From: Christensenella sp. MSJ-20
Lineage (GTDB): Bacteria; Bacillota; Clostridia; Christensenellales; QAND01
Assembly (NCBI RefSeq): GCF_044357945.1
Contig: NZ_CP076563.1
Coordinates: forward strand, 1,052,714-1,076,713
Direction of reading: 5' to 3'
Length of the DNA: 24,000 nt
In this document: positions 13,400 to 22,659 of the stretch, piece after piece
How positions within the stretch are numbered: the stretch's first letter is position 1
Layout of the letters: the number at the start of each line of letters is the position of its first letter
Program-made: the position numbers and the translations under genes
Notes under the pieces: generated by a model
What the model was told of the DNA's origin: nothing
Databases searched by the model: none
The model's input: the letters and a program-made list of their open reading frames with translations, nothing else

Positions 13400-15085
13400 C
13401 TATGGGGCTACTTCTCCTATGCTATGGTTTACCAGCTCCCGCACCAGCCCCGTTCCATCTCCAGATTCCAGATACCGCACCGTAACGGCGTCTCCCTCCT
13501 GCATAAATTTCACCTGAATGCCCATGGAAAGAGGGGCGATATACATCTTAGCGGGGTTCTCCTGCAATAAAAACTCCACGTTATCCCCATTGTGCAAAAG
13601 CCGCAGCACCGTTCCATTGGCTTCCCGCATTTCCTCAGAGGAAAGGTTGCCGGTGCTGCTCAACAGGGAAATGTACTCCGTTTTGGCGGCTTTCAAGTCC
13701 ATGTTCATGGCAAGGGTTCCATCCGATACCCGTACCAGCACATACCATTGCCGCTGGTACCCATTTTTAAGGGTGAGAAAATAGGTGGGCACCCCTTCGA
13801 TGTTGATGAGTAGCGGGTCGGTCGGGGTAAGGTTCTGGGCTTTCACCGTCTGGTGGTTCCGGGCGATGTCCATGGCCCGAGCCTCGGTGACCCCCTGCAT
13901 ACGGAAGTAGCTGGTATCCTTGGTCCGCAAATCGGTCATGATAAAGCCAACCGAGGTCTCGTCGGCGTCGTTGGGAGAGGTCACGCCGGAATACATATAG
14001 GTCCGGCCGTCCAAGGACAGAAAATTATACTGCTGAGAAAGATTGAAAACGTTGACCTTCGCTCCAAAGTGGGCGTTGAACCAACCATTTTTATAGGTAA
14101 AGGCATTGTTGGCCTGCTCATAGGCCATCTCCACCGGCACCACCCGGTCCACCCATTCGGGAACCTCTGCCATGGGATATTTTTGTGTTTCCCCCGTCAC
14201 CGCGTCGCATAGGATAACCCCCTTGGGATCCGGCCCTCCCGATAGCCCCACGCCGTAGTCAAAATAGGTCGCCACCCAATAGGGATGGCCATTGTCGTCA
14301 ATCTCAAAAGAGTAATCCGTCACCATGGAAAAGGGATGCTGGAACCAAATATGCCGTTTCAGGTTCTTGTTAAAAAGGGCGGTTTCCAGATAGGGCATCC
14401 CGCCCTCCACCTCCACCAAGGTGGCCTCCTCGGTTACCACGTCCACCATCACGTAGCCAACGCTTCCCTTATAGTACCGATTCAGCCCCACAAAAAAGCC
14501 GCTGTACTCTAAGGGCGCCACCCGCACCAATCGCTCCGTACCATTGTCGTTGTAGTGAATCAGGGTAAAGCTATCGGATATGGTATACTGGGAGCCATAG
14601 GTGCCCAGCCGAGCCTCCGCCTTCCGTCGGGCAATGTCCTCGTCGATGATGGGCAGGGTGCTGCTGCCCACGGACTCCGGGCTCACCATCTGGCCAAACT
14701 CCTCTATGGGCAGCTCGTTGATGGACATCTGGCTGGCATATGCCTTGGAACGCAGGATCACGGCGCTGCTCAAGACCGATGCCAGGAAGTAGACAACCAC
14801 CAAAATGCCGATGATCTTCAGCGGCTTCAAAGAGGGAAAGGCATCCTTGTTGAATACCATGGTATGAACGCCCATGGGCCCCTCTTGGGACCGATAAAAC
14901 ATAGGCCCCTTATTGCGAAAAAACAGCGCTACATATAATATGTAAGCACCGGCGGCAGTCAAGGCCAACCAGCCCATAAAAAATACATTTTTAAAGTGGA
15001 TGGCCGGTGTAGTCACATAGAGAAATACCGCCGCCCAAAGGAGCAGGACTCCGACAAAAATTCCAATTTTTACGCTTTTTTTCAT
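13400..15085 (-). CDS. Membrane-anchored protein of unknown function (three N-terminal TM segments and a roughly 450-aa extracytoplasmic domain)
   Basis: The ORF is 561 aa with a GAGAGGAAA Shine-Dalgarno. Hydrophobic segments are IGIFVGVLLLWAAVFLYV, FFMGWLALTAAGAYILYVALFF and IIGILVVVYFLASVLSSAVIL. The remainder is rich in aromatic and beta-type sequence. I recognised no family. Confidence 0.7.
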   Translation of the reverse strand: MKKSVKIGIFVGVLLLWAAVFLYVTTPAIHFKNVFFMGWLALTAAGAYILYVALFFRNKGPMFYRSQEGPMGVHTMVFNKDAFPSLKPLKIIGILVVVYFLASVLSSAVILRSKAYASQMSINELPIEEFGQMVSPESVGSSTLPIIDEDIARRKAEARLGTYGSQYTISDSFTLIHYNDNGTERLVRVAPLEYSGFFVGLNRYYKGSVGYVMVDVVTEEATLVEVEGGMPYLETALFNKNLKRHIWFQHPFSMVTDYSFEIDDNGHPYWVATYFDYGVGLSGGPDPKGVILCDAVTGETQKYPMAEVPEWVDRVVPVEMAYEQANNAFTYKNGWFNAHFGAKVNVFNLSQQYNFLSLDGRTYMYSGVTSPNDADETSVGFIMTDLRTKDTSYFRMQGVTEARAMDIARNHQTVKAQNLTPTDPLLINIEGVPTYFLTLKNGYQRQWYVLVRVSDGTLAMNMDLKAAKTEYISLLSSTGNLSSEEMREANGTVLRLLHNGDNVEFLLQENPAKMYIAPLSMGIQVKFMQEGDAVTVRYLESGDGTGLVRELVNHSIGEVAP

Positions 15086-15214
15086 TGTTTCCTCTCGTAG
15101 GTGACACAGGATTTTTATGCCGCTCCATCATAACACATCGCGACAAAAAACCAAAATACCCTGCTGCATTGGGATGGTTCTCCTCCCGTGCGGCATACTA
15201 ATTCTGGAGGGACT

Positions 15215-16009
15215 ATGGCAAAACGGTTTTTATGCGGACTGGTATTGGGGATGGCCGCCATCGCGCCGGGGGTCAGCGCCGGCGTGATGATGGTGGCATT
15301 CGGCCTGTATCGGGAGATCTTGCAAGCGCTGGGAGAGCTGATGCGGTTCCGCCGCATCCGGCAAAACCTTGTCTTCCTATTGCCTTTAGGGCTGGGCGCT
15401 CTCGTCTCCCTGCCCCTTTTGGGACTGGGCCTTGAGACCCTGATGGAACGACATCCCAGCTACACCCTTTACGCCTTTGCGGGACTGGTGCTGGGCGGGC
15501 TCCCGCAGCTTTGGCGGGTAATAAAATCCGCGCGCCCCCGGCCCTTCCACGGCCTATTGGGCCTGCTTGCCTTTGGAGCGGTATTTCTTTTAAGCCGCGT
15601 GGGAGGAAGCGTTCTTCAGCTGGATGCGGGATTCCTTTCCATGGTGTTCTGCGGGCTGATTCTTGCTCTAGGCACCATCGTTCCTGGAATCAGCTCCTCC
15701 TTTCTGCTGATCTATTTCGGCGTCTATCCCGCGGTGATCCATGGGATCTCCCATCTGGTGCTCCAAACGGTATTGCCCCTTGCCCTGGGCTTCGTCCTGG
15801 GCGCAGCCATCCTGATCCGGGTGGTGGATCGCCTCCTGGAGCGGAGACCGGCAGCCTCCTACGCCATCATCCTAGGGTTCTCCCTGGGCAGTATGGCGGC
15901 GGTGCTGTCCCCCGTTCCCTGGGCTCAAATGCCAGTAACCGTCCTATGCCTGCTATTGGGTCTGGCCTTGGGATATGGCCTCTCCAGGCTGCCCCAGGGA
16001 ACGGAGTAA
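15215..16009 (+). CDS. DUF368-family polytopic membrane protein (family implicated in undecaprenyl-phosphate recycling)
   Basis: The motif is duplicated: IAPGVSAGV and IVPGISSSF. There are about eight hydrophobic segments. The track ORF starts at a GTG at 15188, but I prefer the ATG at 15215, which is preceded by GGAGGG. Confidence 0.75.
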   Translation: MAKRFLCGLVLGMAAIAPGVSAGVMMVAFGLYREILQALGELMRFRRIRQNLVFLLPLGLGALVSLPLLGLGLETLMERHPSYTLYAFAGLVLGGLPQLWRVIKSARPRPFHGLLGLLAFGAVFLLSRVGGSVLQLDAGFLSMVFCGLILALGTIVPGISSSFLLIYFGVYPAVIHGISHLVLQTVLPLALGFVLGAAILIRVVDRLLERRPAASYAIILGFSLGSMAAVLSPVPWAQMPVTVLCLLLGLALGYGLSRLPQGTE

Positions 16010-16144
16010 CGCACGGCGGCATCGCCTACCCTCGCGCCGCAATAAAATGCAATATTTTCCAGTTATTTTTCTTTATTATCCCTGCTTTGTCCCAAATAAC
16101 TTGGGTGCCAGCCATCGCCTTTCATCCCATCCATTGGCTAAATA

Positions 16145-16372
16145 ATGACGCCTCAATCCGCCCATACTGATAGTGTAATTCCAGTGTGGAGGTGCGGTGT
16201 ATTGTTTCACAAGAGCAACAAGCAAACCATTGAATGCAGCGTGGATAGCTGCCGTTTTAACGAGGACGCCTGCGTGTGCGGACTGGATAGCATCCAGGTC
16301 TGCGCCTGCTGGGGCAAGGATAGCGGCAAACCCGAGGACGAGAGCATGTGCGCGTCCTATAAACGGCGCTAG
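16145..16372 (+). CDS. Candidate small Cys-rich protein (75 aa from the ATG, or 56 aa from the TTG at 16202 behind a GGAGGTG Shine-Dalgarno). Uncertain.
   Basis: The translation has 8 Cys, including two CxC pairs. Hand-read codons 30-75 are strongly GC3-rich with host-preferred TGC and AGC codons. The ORF is followed about 44 nt later by a hairpin with a plus-strand T run. The ATG at 16145 has no Shine-Dalgarno. The internal TTG at 16202 lies 9 nt after GGAGG (16188..16192). Confidence 0.3.
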   Translation: MTPQSAHTDSVIPVWRCGVLFHKSNKQTIECSVDSCRFNEDACVCGLDSIQVCACWGKDSGKPEDESMCASYKRR

Positions 16373-16409
16373 GTAGTCCCATGACCCCGGGCCGTTCCGG
16401 CCTATGAAG

Positions 16410-16473
16410 AAAAAAGGACCGTCCAAGGAGGCGCACCGTTTCTTCCTCCTTGTGGACGGTCCTTCTTCTTTTT
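16410..16473. terminator. Long bidirectional rho-independent terminator downstream of fhs
   Basis: GGACCGTCCAAGGAGG (16416..16431) pairs with CCTCCTTGTGGACGGTCC (16445..16462), with a 2-nt bulge. The structure is flanked by AAAAAA on the left and TTCTTCTTTTTT on the right. Confidence 0.8.
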
Positions 16474-16483
16474 TGATATCCGT

Positions 16484-18160
16484 TTAGAACAAGCCGGAAA
16501 TGCTGCCGTTTCGGTCGATGTCAATGCCCTCCGCCGCAGGAACCTTGGGCAGGCCGGGCATGGTCATGATGGCTCCGGCCAGCACCACGATGAATTCCGC
16601 GCCGGCGGAGGCTTTGGCGCTGCGCACTTTAACGGTAAAGCCCTGGGGCCGTCCCCGAAGCTTTGCGTCATCCGAAAGGGACATTTGGGTTTTCGCGATG
16701 CACACCGGCCAATCCCCCATACCCAACCGGGTCAGTTCCGCCAGCTGACTGCGGGCAGCGTCGGAGAATTCCACATCATCCGCTCCATAGATTCGTGTAG
16801 CCACCGCCTGGATCTTCTCCATAAGAGGCAGATCATCGGGATAGGTATAATGGGGGACGCCATCGCCCGTTTCGCACAGCTCCACCACGGCGCGGGCCAA
16901 ATCCAGGGCGCCCTCTCCTCCCTTCTCCCAGCACTCCGAAAGAACGGCTTGAGCGCCCTTTTTCTCACAATACTCCATAACCTTCTGGATCTCGGCTTGG
17001 GTATCGGCCGCAAACCGGTTGACGGCAACCACACAGGGCAGCTGGAACCGCTCCCGCAGATTCTCCAGATGCTTGCCGAGATTCTCCAATCCCCGCCCCA
17101 GGGCGTCCAGGTTCTCCTCTCCCAATTCCGCCATCTCCAGGCCGCCGTGGAACTTCAGCGCCCGGATAGTTGCCACCAGCACCACGGCATCGGGCCAAAT
17201 GCCGGCCTTCCGGCATTTGATGTCCAAAAACTTCTCCGCGCCCAGATCAGCGCCAAAACCCGCTTCCGTTACGGTATAATCCCCCAGCAGACGGGCCGTC
17301 TGCGTCGCCACCACGCTGTTACAGCCATGAGCGATATTGGCGAAGGGCCCGCCGTGGATCAAAACGGGAGTATGCCCGATGGTCTGAACCAAATTGGGCT
17401 TCATGGCCTCCTTCAAAAGGGCGGCCATGGCTCCCTGGGCGTTCAGGTCCCGAGCCCGGACGGGCTCCCCTTTCTGATTATAAGCCACGATGATGTTGCC
17501 CAGGCGGCGCTTTAGATCGTCCAGATCGCTGGCAAGGCACAATACCGCCATCACCTCGCTGGCGGCGGTGATGTCAAACCCGTCCTCATGCTCCACCCCA
17601 TCGGTTCTCCTGCCCTGCCCCGACGTGATGTGGCGCAGCTGCCTGTCGTTCATATCCATGCAGCGCTTCCAGGTGATGCGCTGGGGATCGATCCCAAGGG
17701 CATTTCCCTGGTAGATATGGTTGTCCAGCATAGCGGCCAGCAGATTGTTGGCCGCGGTAATGGCGTGAATATCCCCGGTAAAGTGGAGGTTAAGCTCCTC
17801 CATGGGCAGCACTTGGCTCATGCCGCCTCCCGCAGCGCCGCCCTTTACCCCAAATACCGGACCCAAAGAGGGCTCCCGCAGGGCGATCATCACGTTCTTG
17901 CCCAAAAGGGATAGCCCATCCCCCAGGCCGATGGAAGTGGTGGTTTTTCCCTCTCCGGCCGGAGTAGGAGTGATGGCCGTTACAAGGATCAGCCTGCCGG
18001 GCTTTTTCGTGGCTAGCCGCCTCTCAATTTCGGTATATTCCACCTTGGCCATTCCACGGCCATAGGGCAGCATCTCCTGAGGCAGGATGCCCGCCTTCCG
18101 GGCGATTTCCTCCATGGGCAGCAGCGTAGCGCTTTGAGCAATTTCAATATCGCTTTTCAT
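16484..18160 (-). CDS. fhs: Formate--tetrahydrofolate ligase
   Basis: The N-terminus MKSDIEIAQ... is typical of Fhs. The nucleotide-binding segment [16 protein letters not shown] is present, and Fhs-like sequence runs the full length. The track start at 18169 has GGAGG abutting the ATG, so the ATG at 18160 (9-nt spacing) is preferred. Confidence 0.95.
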   Translation of the reverse strand: MKSDIEIAQSATLLPMEEIARKAGILPQEMLPYGRGMAKVEYTEIERRLATKKPGRLILVTAITPTPAGEGKTTTSIGLGDGLSLLGKNVMIALREPSLGPVFGVKGGAAGGGMSQVLPMEELNLHFTGDIHAITAANNLLAAMLDNHIYQGNALGIDPQRITWKRCMDMNDRQLRHITSGQGRRTDGVEHEDGFDITAASEVMAVLCLASDLDDLKRRLGNIIVAYNQKGEPVRARDLNAQGAMAALLKEAMKPNLVQTIGHTPVLIHGGPFANIAHGCNSVVATQTARLLGDYTVTEAGFGADLGAEKFLDIKCRKAGIWPDAVVLVATIRALKFHGGLEMAELGEENLDALGRGLENLGKHLENLRERFQLPCVVAVNRFAADTQAEIQKVMEYCEKKGAQAVLSECWEKGGEGALDLARAVVELCETGDGVPHYTYPDDLPLMEKIQAVATRIYGADDVEFSDAARSQLAELTRLGMGDWPVCIAKTQMSLSDDAKLRGRPQGFTVKVRSAKASAGAEFIVVLAGAIMTMPGLPKVPAAEGIDIDRNGSISGLF

Positions 18161-18189
18161 AAACCCCATCCTCCTTTGTCTGTTGTTTT

Positions 18190-18219
18190 AGTATAGCGCA
18201 AATCCCAATCCCTTCACAA
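18190..18219 (-). promoter_or_regulatory. Putative sigma-A promoter for fhs (-35 TTGTGA, 18 nt, -10 TATACT)
   Basis: The minus strand reads TTGTGAagggattgggatttgcgcTATACT, about 25 nt upstream of the Shine-Dalgarno. Confidence 0.4.
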
Positions 18220-18274
18220 TCCCCCGCCGGCATTTCGTTGTCCGTTCCGGAAGAAAACCCCGTTTATGGAAATC

Positions 18275-18299
18275 AAAAAAGCCCGCATTGCGGGCTTTT
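18275..18299 (-). terminator. Rho-independent terminator downstream of the AbrB-family membrane protein gene
   Basis: The structure is AAAAAA-GCCCGC-ATT-GCGGGC-TTTT. On the minus strand the stem is followed by TTTTTTGA. Confidence 0.8.
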
Positions 18300-18331
18300 C
18301 CCTTAAAACCGTATCAAAAAAACCATACCGC

Positions 18332-19492
18332 TTATACAAACCAGGTGGAAACCACGGATAACAGGCTGGGGAACAGGGCGATGCAGCCCACGATCCGGGC
18401 GGTCTGCATCACAGCGATCTTGCTGGTCTCCAGGCCCAGCTCGTCGGCCAATAGGCACATATCCTGTACTCCGCCGGGGGCGCAGGCCAGCATGCAGGTC
18501 TCAAATTCCAGCTTGGTCAGCTTGTGGATGATAAAACCCACCAGGAAACACCACACAAATACGCCGACCAGCATGATCAGCACCGGAAAGATCAGCTGCG
18601 GAAGGGTCCGGACATATTCCGCCGTCAGAGTCGTGCCGATGTAGGCCCCCGAAAGGGTCTGGGTTACATGACGGGTTTTGGACGGCATGGCACACCTTCC
18701 CCAGGTGACGTTGAGCAGCACCGTGATGGCCATCCCGCCCAGGATGGCTCCCGCCGGCATGCCCACCAGATACAACAGGGTGCCTCCCCCCACCGCGCCC
18801 AGGGTGGTGATGGCCCACCGGGGCATCAGCTCCCTGGCGGACGGCTTTATGGGCGCCGGAACGGCTTTCTCCCCCCGCTCCTCAATGGACACCTCGTCAA
18901 GGGCGCCGTCAAGGGTAGCCTCCGCCAAATCGAGTTCCATGGCCTCCATCCGCTCCTGGCTGGTAACCAGGCCCTGCTTTTTCCGCTTCCGGGCTACGAT
19001 TTTCCCAAAGATGGGAGGAAGAATGGCCAGGGTCAAAATCAACCGGGATAGCTGAAGGATCACCACGTAGCTGGGGTTTGCCCCCAAATCCCCCGCGATG
19101 ATGGCCATATCGGTCATGCCGCCGGGCGCGCTGGCAAACAGGGAGGTGATGATATCCAAATCGCTAACGGAGTAGATGGCCGCGCCAAAGCCGACGTTGA
19201 GGATCATCATGCATACCAGCAGGATCACCACCGGCCCGCCGATGGTACGGAGAGCCTTTACGTCCTCCTTATGGACCCCCAGGCCGATGACCGCCCCCGA
19301 GAACATCTGCATGACCGTCCGAAGTTCATCGGGAAAACAGGTGTAGCCCGTAAACACGTTCAAAAGGATCACCGTAAACATGGAGCCCACCATGCATCCT
19401 GCCGGCATTTTGATCTTGAAACCAATAAATGCCCCTACCGCCCCCACAAGCAGGGTCAGCAGAAGCTGTATCACCCAATCCACACAACACAC
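18332..19492 (-). CDS. AbrB-family (PF05145-like, putative ammonia-monooxygenase-type) duplicated membrane transporter-like protein
   Basis: Two homologous hydrophobic halves each contain an A(P/S)GG(M/V)xDM motif (FASAPGGMTDMAIIAGDLGA and LACAPGGVQDMCLLADELG). A charged linker joins them. The start is uncertain: the GTG at 19492 is 1 nt from GGGAG, so the GTG at 19483 is better spaced. Confidence 0.75.
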   Translation of the reverse strand: MCCVDWVIQLLLTLLVGAVGAFIGFKIKMPAGCMVGSMFTVILLNVFTGYTCFPDELRTVMQMFSGAVIGLGVHKEDVKALRTIGGPVVILLVCMMILNVGFGAAIYSVSDLDIITSLFASAPGGMTDMAIIAGDLGANPSYVVILQLSRLILTLAILPPIFGKIVARKRKKQGLVTSQERMEAMELDLAEATLDGALDEVSIEERGEKAVPAPIKPSARELMPRWAITTLGAVGGGTLLYLVGMPAGAILGGMAITVLLNVTWGRCAMPSKTRHVTQTLSGAYIGTTLTAEYVRTLPQLIFPVLIMLVGVFVWCFLVGFIIHKLTKLEFETCMLACAPGGVQDMCLLADELGLETSKIAVMQTARIVGCIALFPSLLSVVSTWFV

Positions 19493-19630
19493 ACTCCCAT
19501 TTGGCCCGTCGCCGATGCCACGAATGGTTCCAGTTTACCACGCATCCCCGTCTATGACCAGGGGCTGGAAAAAATCCGTTGTTTTTTCCAATCCATGAAA
19601 AGCGTGCTTCCCAGCCCAGCAAACCACACG

Positions 19631-19660
19631 AAAAGAACACCCCTCTGGGGTGCTCTTTTT
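19631..19660 (-). terminator. Rho-independent terminator downstream of the VOC gene
   Basis: On the minus strand, GAGCACCCC-AGA-GGGGTGTTC is followed by TTTT. It starts 7 nt after the stop at 19662. Confidence 0.75.
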
Positions 19661-19661
19661 G

Positions 19662-20129
19662 CTACCTAATCCAGGCCCGGATGAATTTTTCCGGCACGTC
19701 CATCCGAGCCGCCGTCTGTTCCACCGTCATGCCTTCTGCAAGAAACCGGCGGCATACGGCTTTCATATTTTCCCCAATCTCGATGACGTGCCGGTCCGGA
19801 TCAAAGACCCGCACAGCCCGCTGGCCCCATGGATGCTCCTTGCTGGAATGCAGGTACTCCACCTCTGGCATGGATGCCAGCCGCTGCTGAAAACCGTCAA
19901 AATCATCCTCTTCAAAGTACAGCTCCCCGGAAAGGCTGCCAAAGGTTACAGCCTCCGGGGCCTTTCCAATAAAACCAGCCCAGGATTCCAGCGTCTGAAG
20001 GCACACGCCTCCTGTCAAGGTGACGTTGGCGCCAAAATCCGCCACCACCCGCAGGCCCAGCACCTTCCGGTAAAACGCTTTGGATCGCTCCAAATCCCTT
20101 ACCACCAATAATGGATTGCGATACCTCAT
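19662..20129 (-). CDS. VOC/glyoxalase-bleomycin-resistance-fold protein
   Basis: LVVRDLERSKAFYRKVLGL and FDPDRHVIEIGE are typical VOC beta-alpha-beta-beta-beta module strings. The track ORF starts at 20195 inside the LacI gene. The ATG at 20129, preceded by GAGGAGGGG, is preferred. Confidence 0.75.
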   Translation of the reverse strand: MRYRNPLLVVRDLERSKAFYRKVLGLRVVADFGANVTLTGGVCLQTLESWAGFIGKAPEAVTFGSLSGELYFEEDDFDGFQQRLASMPEVEYLHSSKEHPWGQRAVRVFDPDRHVIEIGENMKAVCRRFLAEGMTVEQTAARMDVPEKFIRAWIR

Positions 20130-20139
20130 AGGCCCCTCC

Positions 20140-21183
20140 TCACGGCTCGGCTCCTCTGCCGTCCGGCAGGCGCCTTTTAACGCTGTCCCGCTCAACCAGG
20201 GATACGCTGATCTGGCTTTTCAGCCAGCAGAAGCCGGCCGTGGCCACGGTGTGTAGCAGCATTTGTACCGCTGCCCGGCCCATCTCCTCCCGATACACAT
20301 GGACGGTGGTAAGAGGCGGGCTGCTCACCTGGCAAAGGGAAAGATCATCCATGCCGATGAGGGACACATCCTCCGGCACCCGGATGCCCCGCTCCGCCAG
20401 GGCCCGTAGGCATCCCATAGCCATAATATCGTTGGCCGCAAAGAAAGCGGTGGGCAAGGGCCGGTTTTCCTCTAAAATGGACCGCATATCCCCATAGGCG
20501 CCCTCCAAGGTTGGGGTCACCCGCAAAAGCCCCTGGGGAGGACAGCAGAGCCCCTGGGCCTCCATTGCCGCCCGGTATCCCCGCTCCCGGTCGTCGGTGT
20601 TGCCGAAGGAAATCCGGCTGGTGATGTGTCCGATGCGGGTATGGCCCGCCCGGATCAGGGCCTGGGTGGCCAGGCGGCCCGCGTCAAAGTTATTCATGAC
20701 GATGGAGTGGACCGGCTGATCCTGGAACAGATTATCCACCACCAAAAGAGGGGACCGGCAGTCCCGGAACAGCGCCAGATCCTCGGGGGACATCTCGGTT
20801 CCCAGCAAGAGAACCCCGGCGCAGGCCTCTTTACAGATGCTCTGCACCCGGGCCCGGTAGTCGGGATCCTCTCCCCGGTGGACGTTGGTGACCAGAAGCT
20901 CCACCTGCTCCTCCCGGCATCCGCGCTCAATGCCCTGGATCAGCTCGGCAAAAAACTGGGTATCCATTACCACCAGGCCATGGCACTTGAAGATCACCAG
21001 CCGTATATAGGGCTTTCTCCCCTCCCGCCTGGCGTCGGGGGCATAGCCCATCTCCTCCGCCAACTGCCGCACCCGCTGGCTGATTTCCCTGCTGACCCCC
21101 TCCCGGCCGTTGAGGGCGTTGCTGACGGTGGCCGGGGAAACCCCCGCCCGTTTCGCAATATCCGCTATCCGAACCTTTTTCAC
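20140..21183 (-). CDS. LacI-family transcriptional regulator
   Basis: The N-terminal HTH IADIAKRAGVSPATVSNALNG is followed by a periplasmic-binding-protein-like sugar-binding core. The GTG at 21183, preceded by AGAGGAGGTG, is preferred over the track start at 21210. Confidence 0.9.
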   Translation of the reverse strand: MKKVRIADIAKRAGVSPATVSNALNGREGVSREISQRVRQLAEEMGYAPDARREGRKPYIRLVIFKCHGLVVMDTQFFAELIQGIERGCREEQVELLVTNVHRGEDPDYRARVQSICKEACAGVLLLGTEMSPEDLALFRDCRSPLLVVDNLFQDQPVHSIVMNNFDAGRLATQALIRAGHTRIGHITSRISFGNTDDRERGYRAAMEAQGLCCPPQGLLRVTPTLEGAYGDMRSILEENRPLPTAFFAANDIMAMGCLRALAERGIRVPEDVSLIGMDDLSLCQVSSPPLTTVHVYREEMGRAAVQMLLHTVATAGFCWLKSQISVSLVERDSVKRRLPDGRGAEP

Positions 21184-21240
21184 CGCAACGCACCTCCTCT
21201 GGATTCCCAACAGTAGAGCGATTTCCCTGAATTCTTCCCC

Positions 21241-22647
21241 TTAGGAATGCCGGTATACATCCCAGCCCATATAGTTGCCCAGCGCCTCCTCCAGCACATC
21301 GGCACAGCCGTCCTGAACCAGGGCCACATGATGCTCATAGCCGTTCTTCGCCAGATGCCGCATCAAGCCATTGAGCTCCGGCACATGGCACACCGCCACC
21401 CCGCCGAAGGTATCCAGGGGATCGTCGGTAAATTCCCCCTCCCCCAGATAGCATTTGATTCTGCCGGTAAACTCGTCGGTGGAGGCTTTCAAATAGGTCA
21501 TCCGGCTGGGGCGCACCCGGCCCTTCAGAGCGCCGAAGGATACGTCGGTCCCCAAGGTAGTGGCCAGGATATCCAGGTTCCCCATCTGGGGCTTTTCCGC
21601 AAATACCGCAGCCGGGTAGTTGCTGCAATGGACGTTGATGCATTTATCCTGCTGGTCCTGATAGTTGTTGTTCCAGTCCTGATACAAGGGATATCCGCCC
21701 CCCGAGGCGTGGCGCAGGGCCAGCATGGACACAGCGCCCACCACATCGGTCTCGCAGGCGGAGGGCAGGCCCTTTTGCCCCATCATGGACATGCATAGGC
21801 ACATGGCGCAGCCGTAGTTGGCCTCTACGCTGTCCCAGCACTGGATGGCGCTGGCCTGGCATTCGTGATCCTCCATCCAGCTTTCGATGGCCATGCAGAG
21901 CTTGGCCTGGCGGATGAGCTTCTCCTCTCCGATGCCGGGGATCACATCCGCGTAGGCGCGAATCTCCTCCACCTTTTTCTGGACAGCAGCCTCATCGTTG
22001 ATGGCCTCGATATCCGCCAGAATCTCAGAGAAATCCTCGGTCTCCACGGTGATGCCGCTCCGCTGGAGCAGTTTTTCGGAATAGCGCACGGTGCGGAAGG
22101 GCATGACCCGGGCGCCGATCTGGGCGATCCGGGCGTGGCGCAGGGCCTTCACCACGGCGCACACCCGGGAGAACCACTGGATGTCCGCCTGGAACTCCGG
22201 GCTGCCGATGTCAGTGGTATGCCGGGCAGTCAGGGAGTATTTGATGCCCCGCTGGTAGAGGTTGTTGCAGCAGGACAGCTTCCCGCAAAAGGCGTCCCGC
22301 CGGTTCTCCAGCTGGAGCTTATCGAAATCATCGTTGCAGGCTTGAACCAGCACCGGGATATTTAGGCCGCTGTCGGCGATGGCGTCGGCGATGGCGGTCT
22401 CCTCCCCAAAGTTGGGCAGACAGACGAGAATGCCGTCCAGCTCCTCCCCGTGGCTGCGGAACAGCGCCGCGCACTTTTTGGCCTCCTCCCGGGTCATGGT
22501 CTGGCCCATAAAGGTATCCTCGGTGGAGAGGGTAATCACCCGATGGCCCATGTCGTCAAGGCAGCGGAGCAGCTTTTCCCGGGCGGTCAGTACCAGGTGA
22601 TCCGGAAAAAAGGAGCGGTTCGAAATCAATACACCAAATGTAGACAT
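21241..22647 (-). CDS. L-fucose/L-arabinose isomerase-family sugar isomerase, substrate unknown
   Basis: The protein is 468 aa. Its N-terminal pattern FGVLISNRSFFP...ILVCLPNFGEE...AFCGKLS resembles FucI-like isomerase family members, but this is recalled rather than searched. A GGAGG Shine-Dalgarno overlaps the kinase stop. Confidence 0.7.
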   Translation of the reverse strand: MSTFGVLISNRSFFPDHLVLTAREKLLRCLDDMGHRVITLSTEDTFMGQTMTREEAKKCAALFRSHGEELDGILVCLPNFGEETAIADAIADSGLNIPVLVQACNDDFDKLQLENRRDAFCGKLSCCNNLYQRGIKYSLTARHTTDIGSPEFQADIQWFSRVCAVVKALRHARIAQIGARVMPFRTVRYSEKLLQRSGITVETEDFSEILADIEAINDEAAVQKKVEEIRAYADVIPGIGEEKLIRQAKLCMAIESWMEDHECQASAIQCWDSVEANYGCAMCLCMSMMGQKGLPSACETDVVGAVSMLALRHASGGGYPLYQDWNNNYQDQQDKCINVHCSNYPAAVFAEKPQMGNLDILATTLGTDVSFGALKGRVRPSRMTYLKASTDEFTGRIKCYLGEGEFTDDPLDTFGGVAVCHVPELNGLMRHLAKNGYEHHVALVQDGCADVLEEALGNYMGWDVYRHS

Positions 22648-22659
22648 AATCGTTACCTC

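Noticed and set aside
16076-16426. Minus-strand 116-aa ORF in the DUF368/fhs spacer
   Set aside because: Its only available start (TTG 16426) lies inside the stem of the fhs terminator. There is no internal ATG until near the C-terminus. Ala codons are mostly GCA/GCT and GC3 is lower than GC1, unlike neighbouring genes. It may be the shadow of the plus-strand ORF or a gene remnant, and it is discussed under the findings rather than called.
18332-19492. Internal duplication in the membrane protein, as a possible gene fusion or novel architecture
   Set aside because: Tandem duplication of the hydrophobic module is the known architecture of the AbrB/PF05145 membrane-protein family, so it is not unusual.
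19566-19590. A/T-only hairpin TGGAAAAAA-N7-TTTTTTCCA in the leader of the AbrB-family gene, plus the roughly 130-nt leader as a possible riboswitch
   Set aside because: The stem is 9 bp, with seven A-U pairs and only two G-C pairs at its base, and so has low stability. It has no following U-tract and no resemblance to riboswitch cores I can recall. It is insufficient to call.
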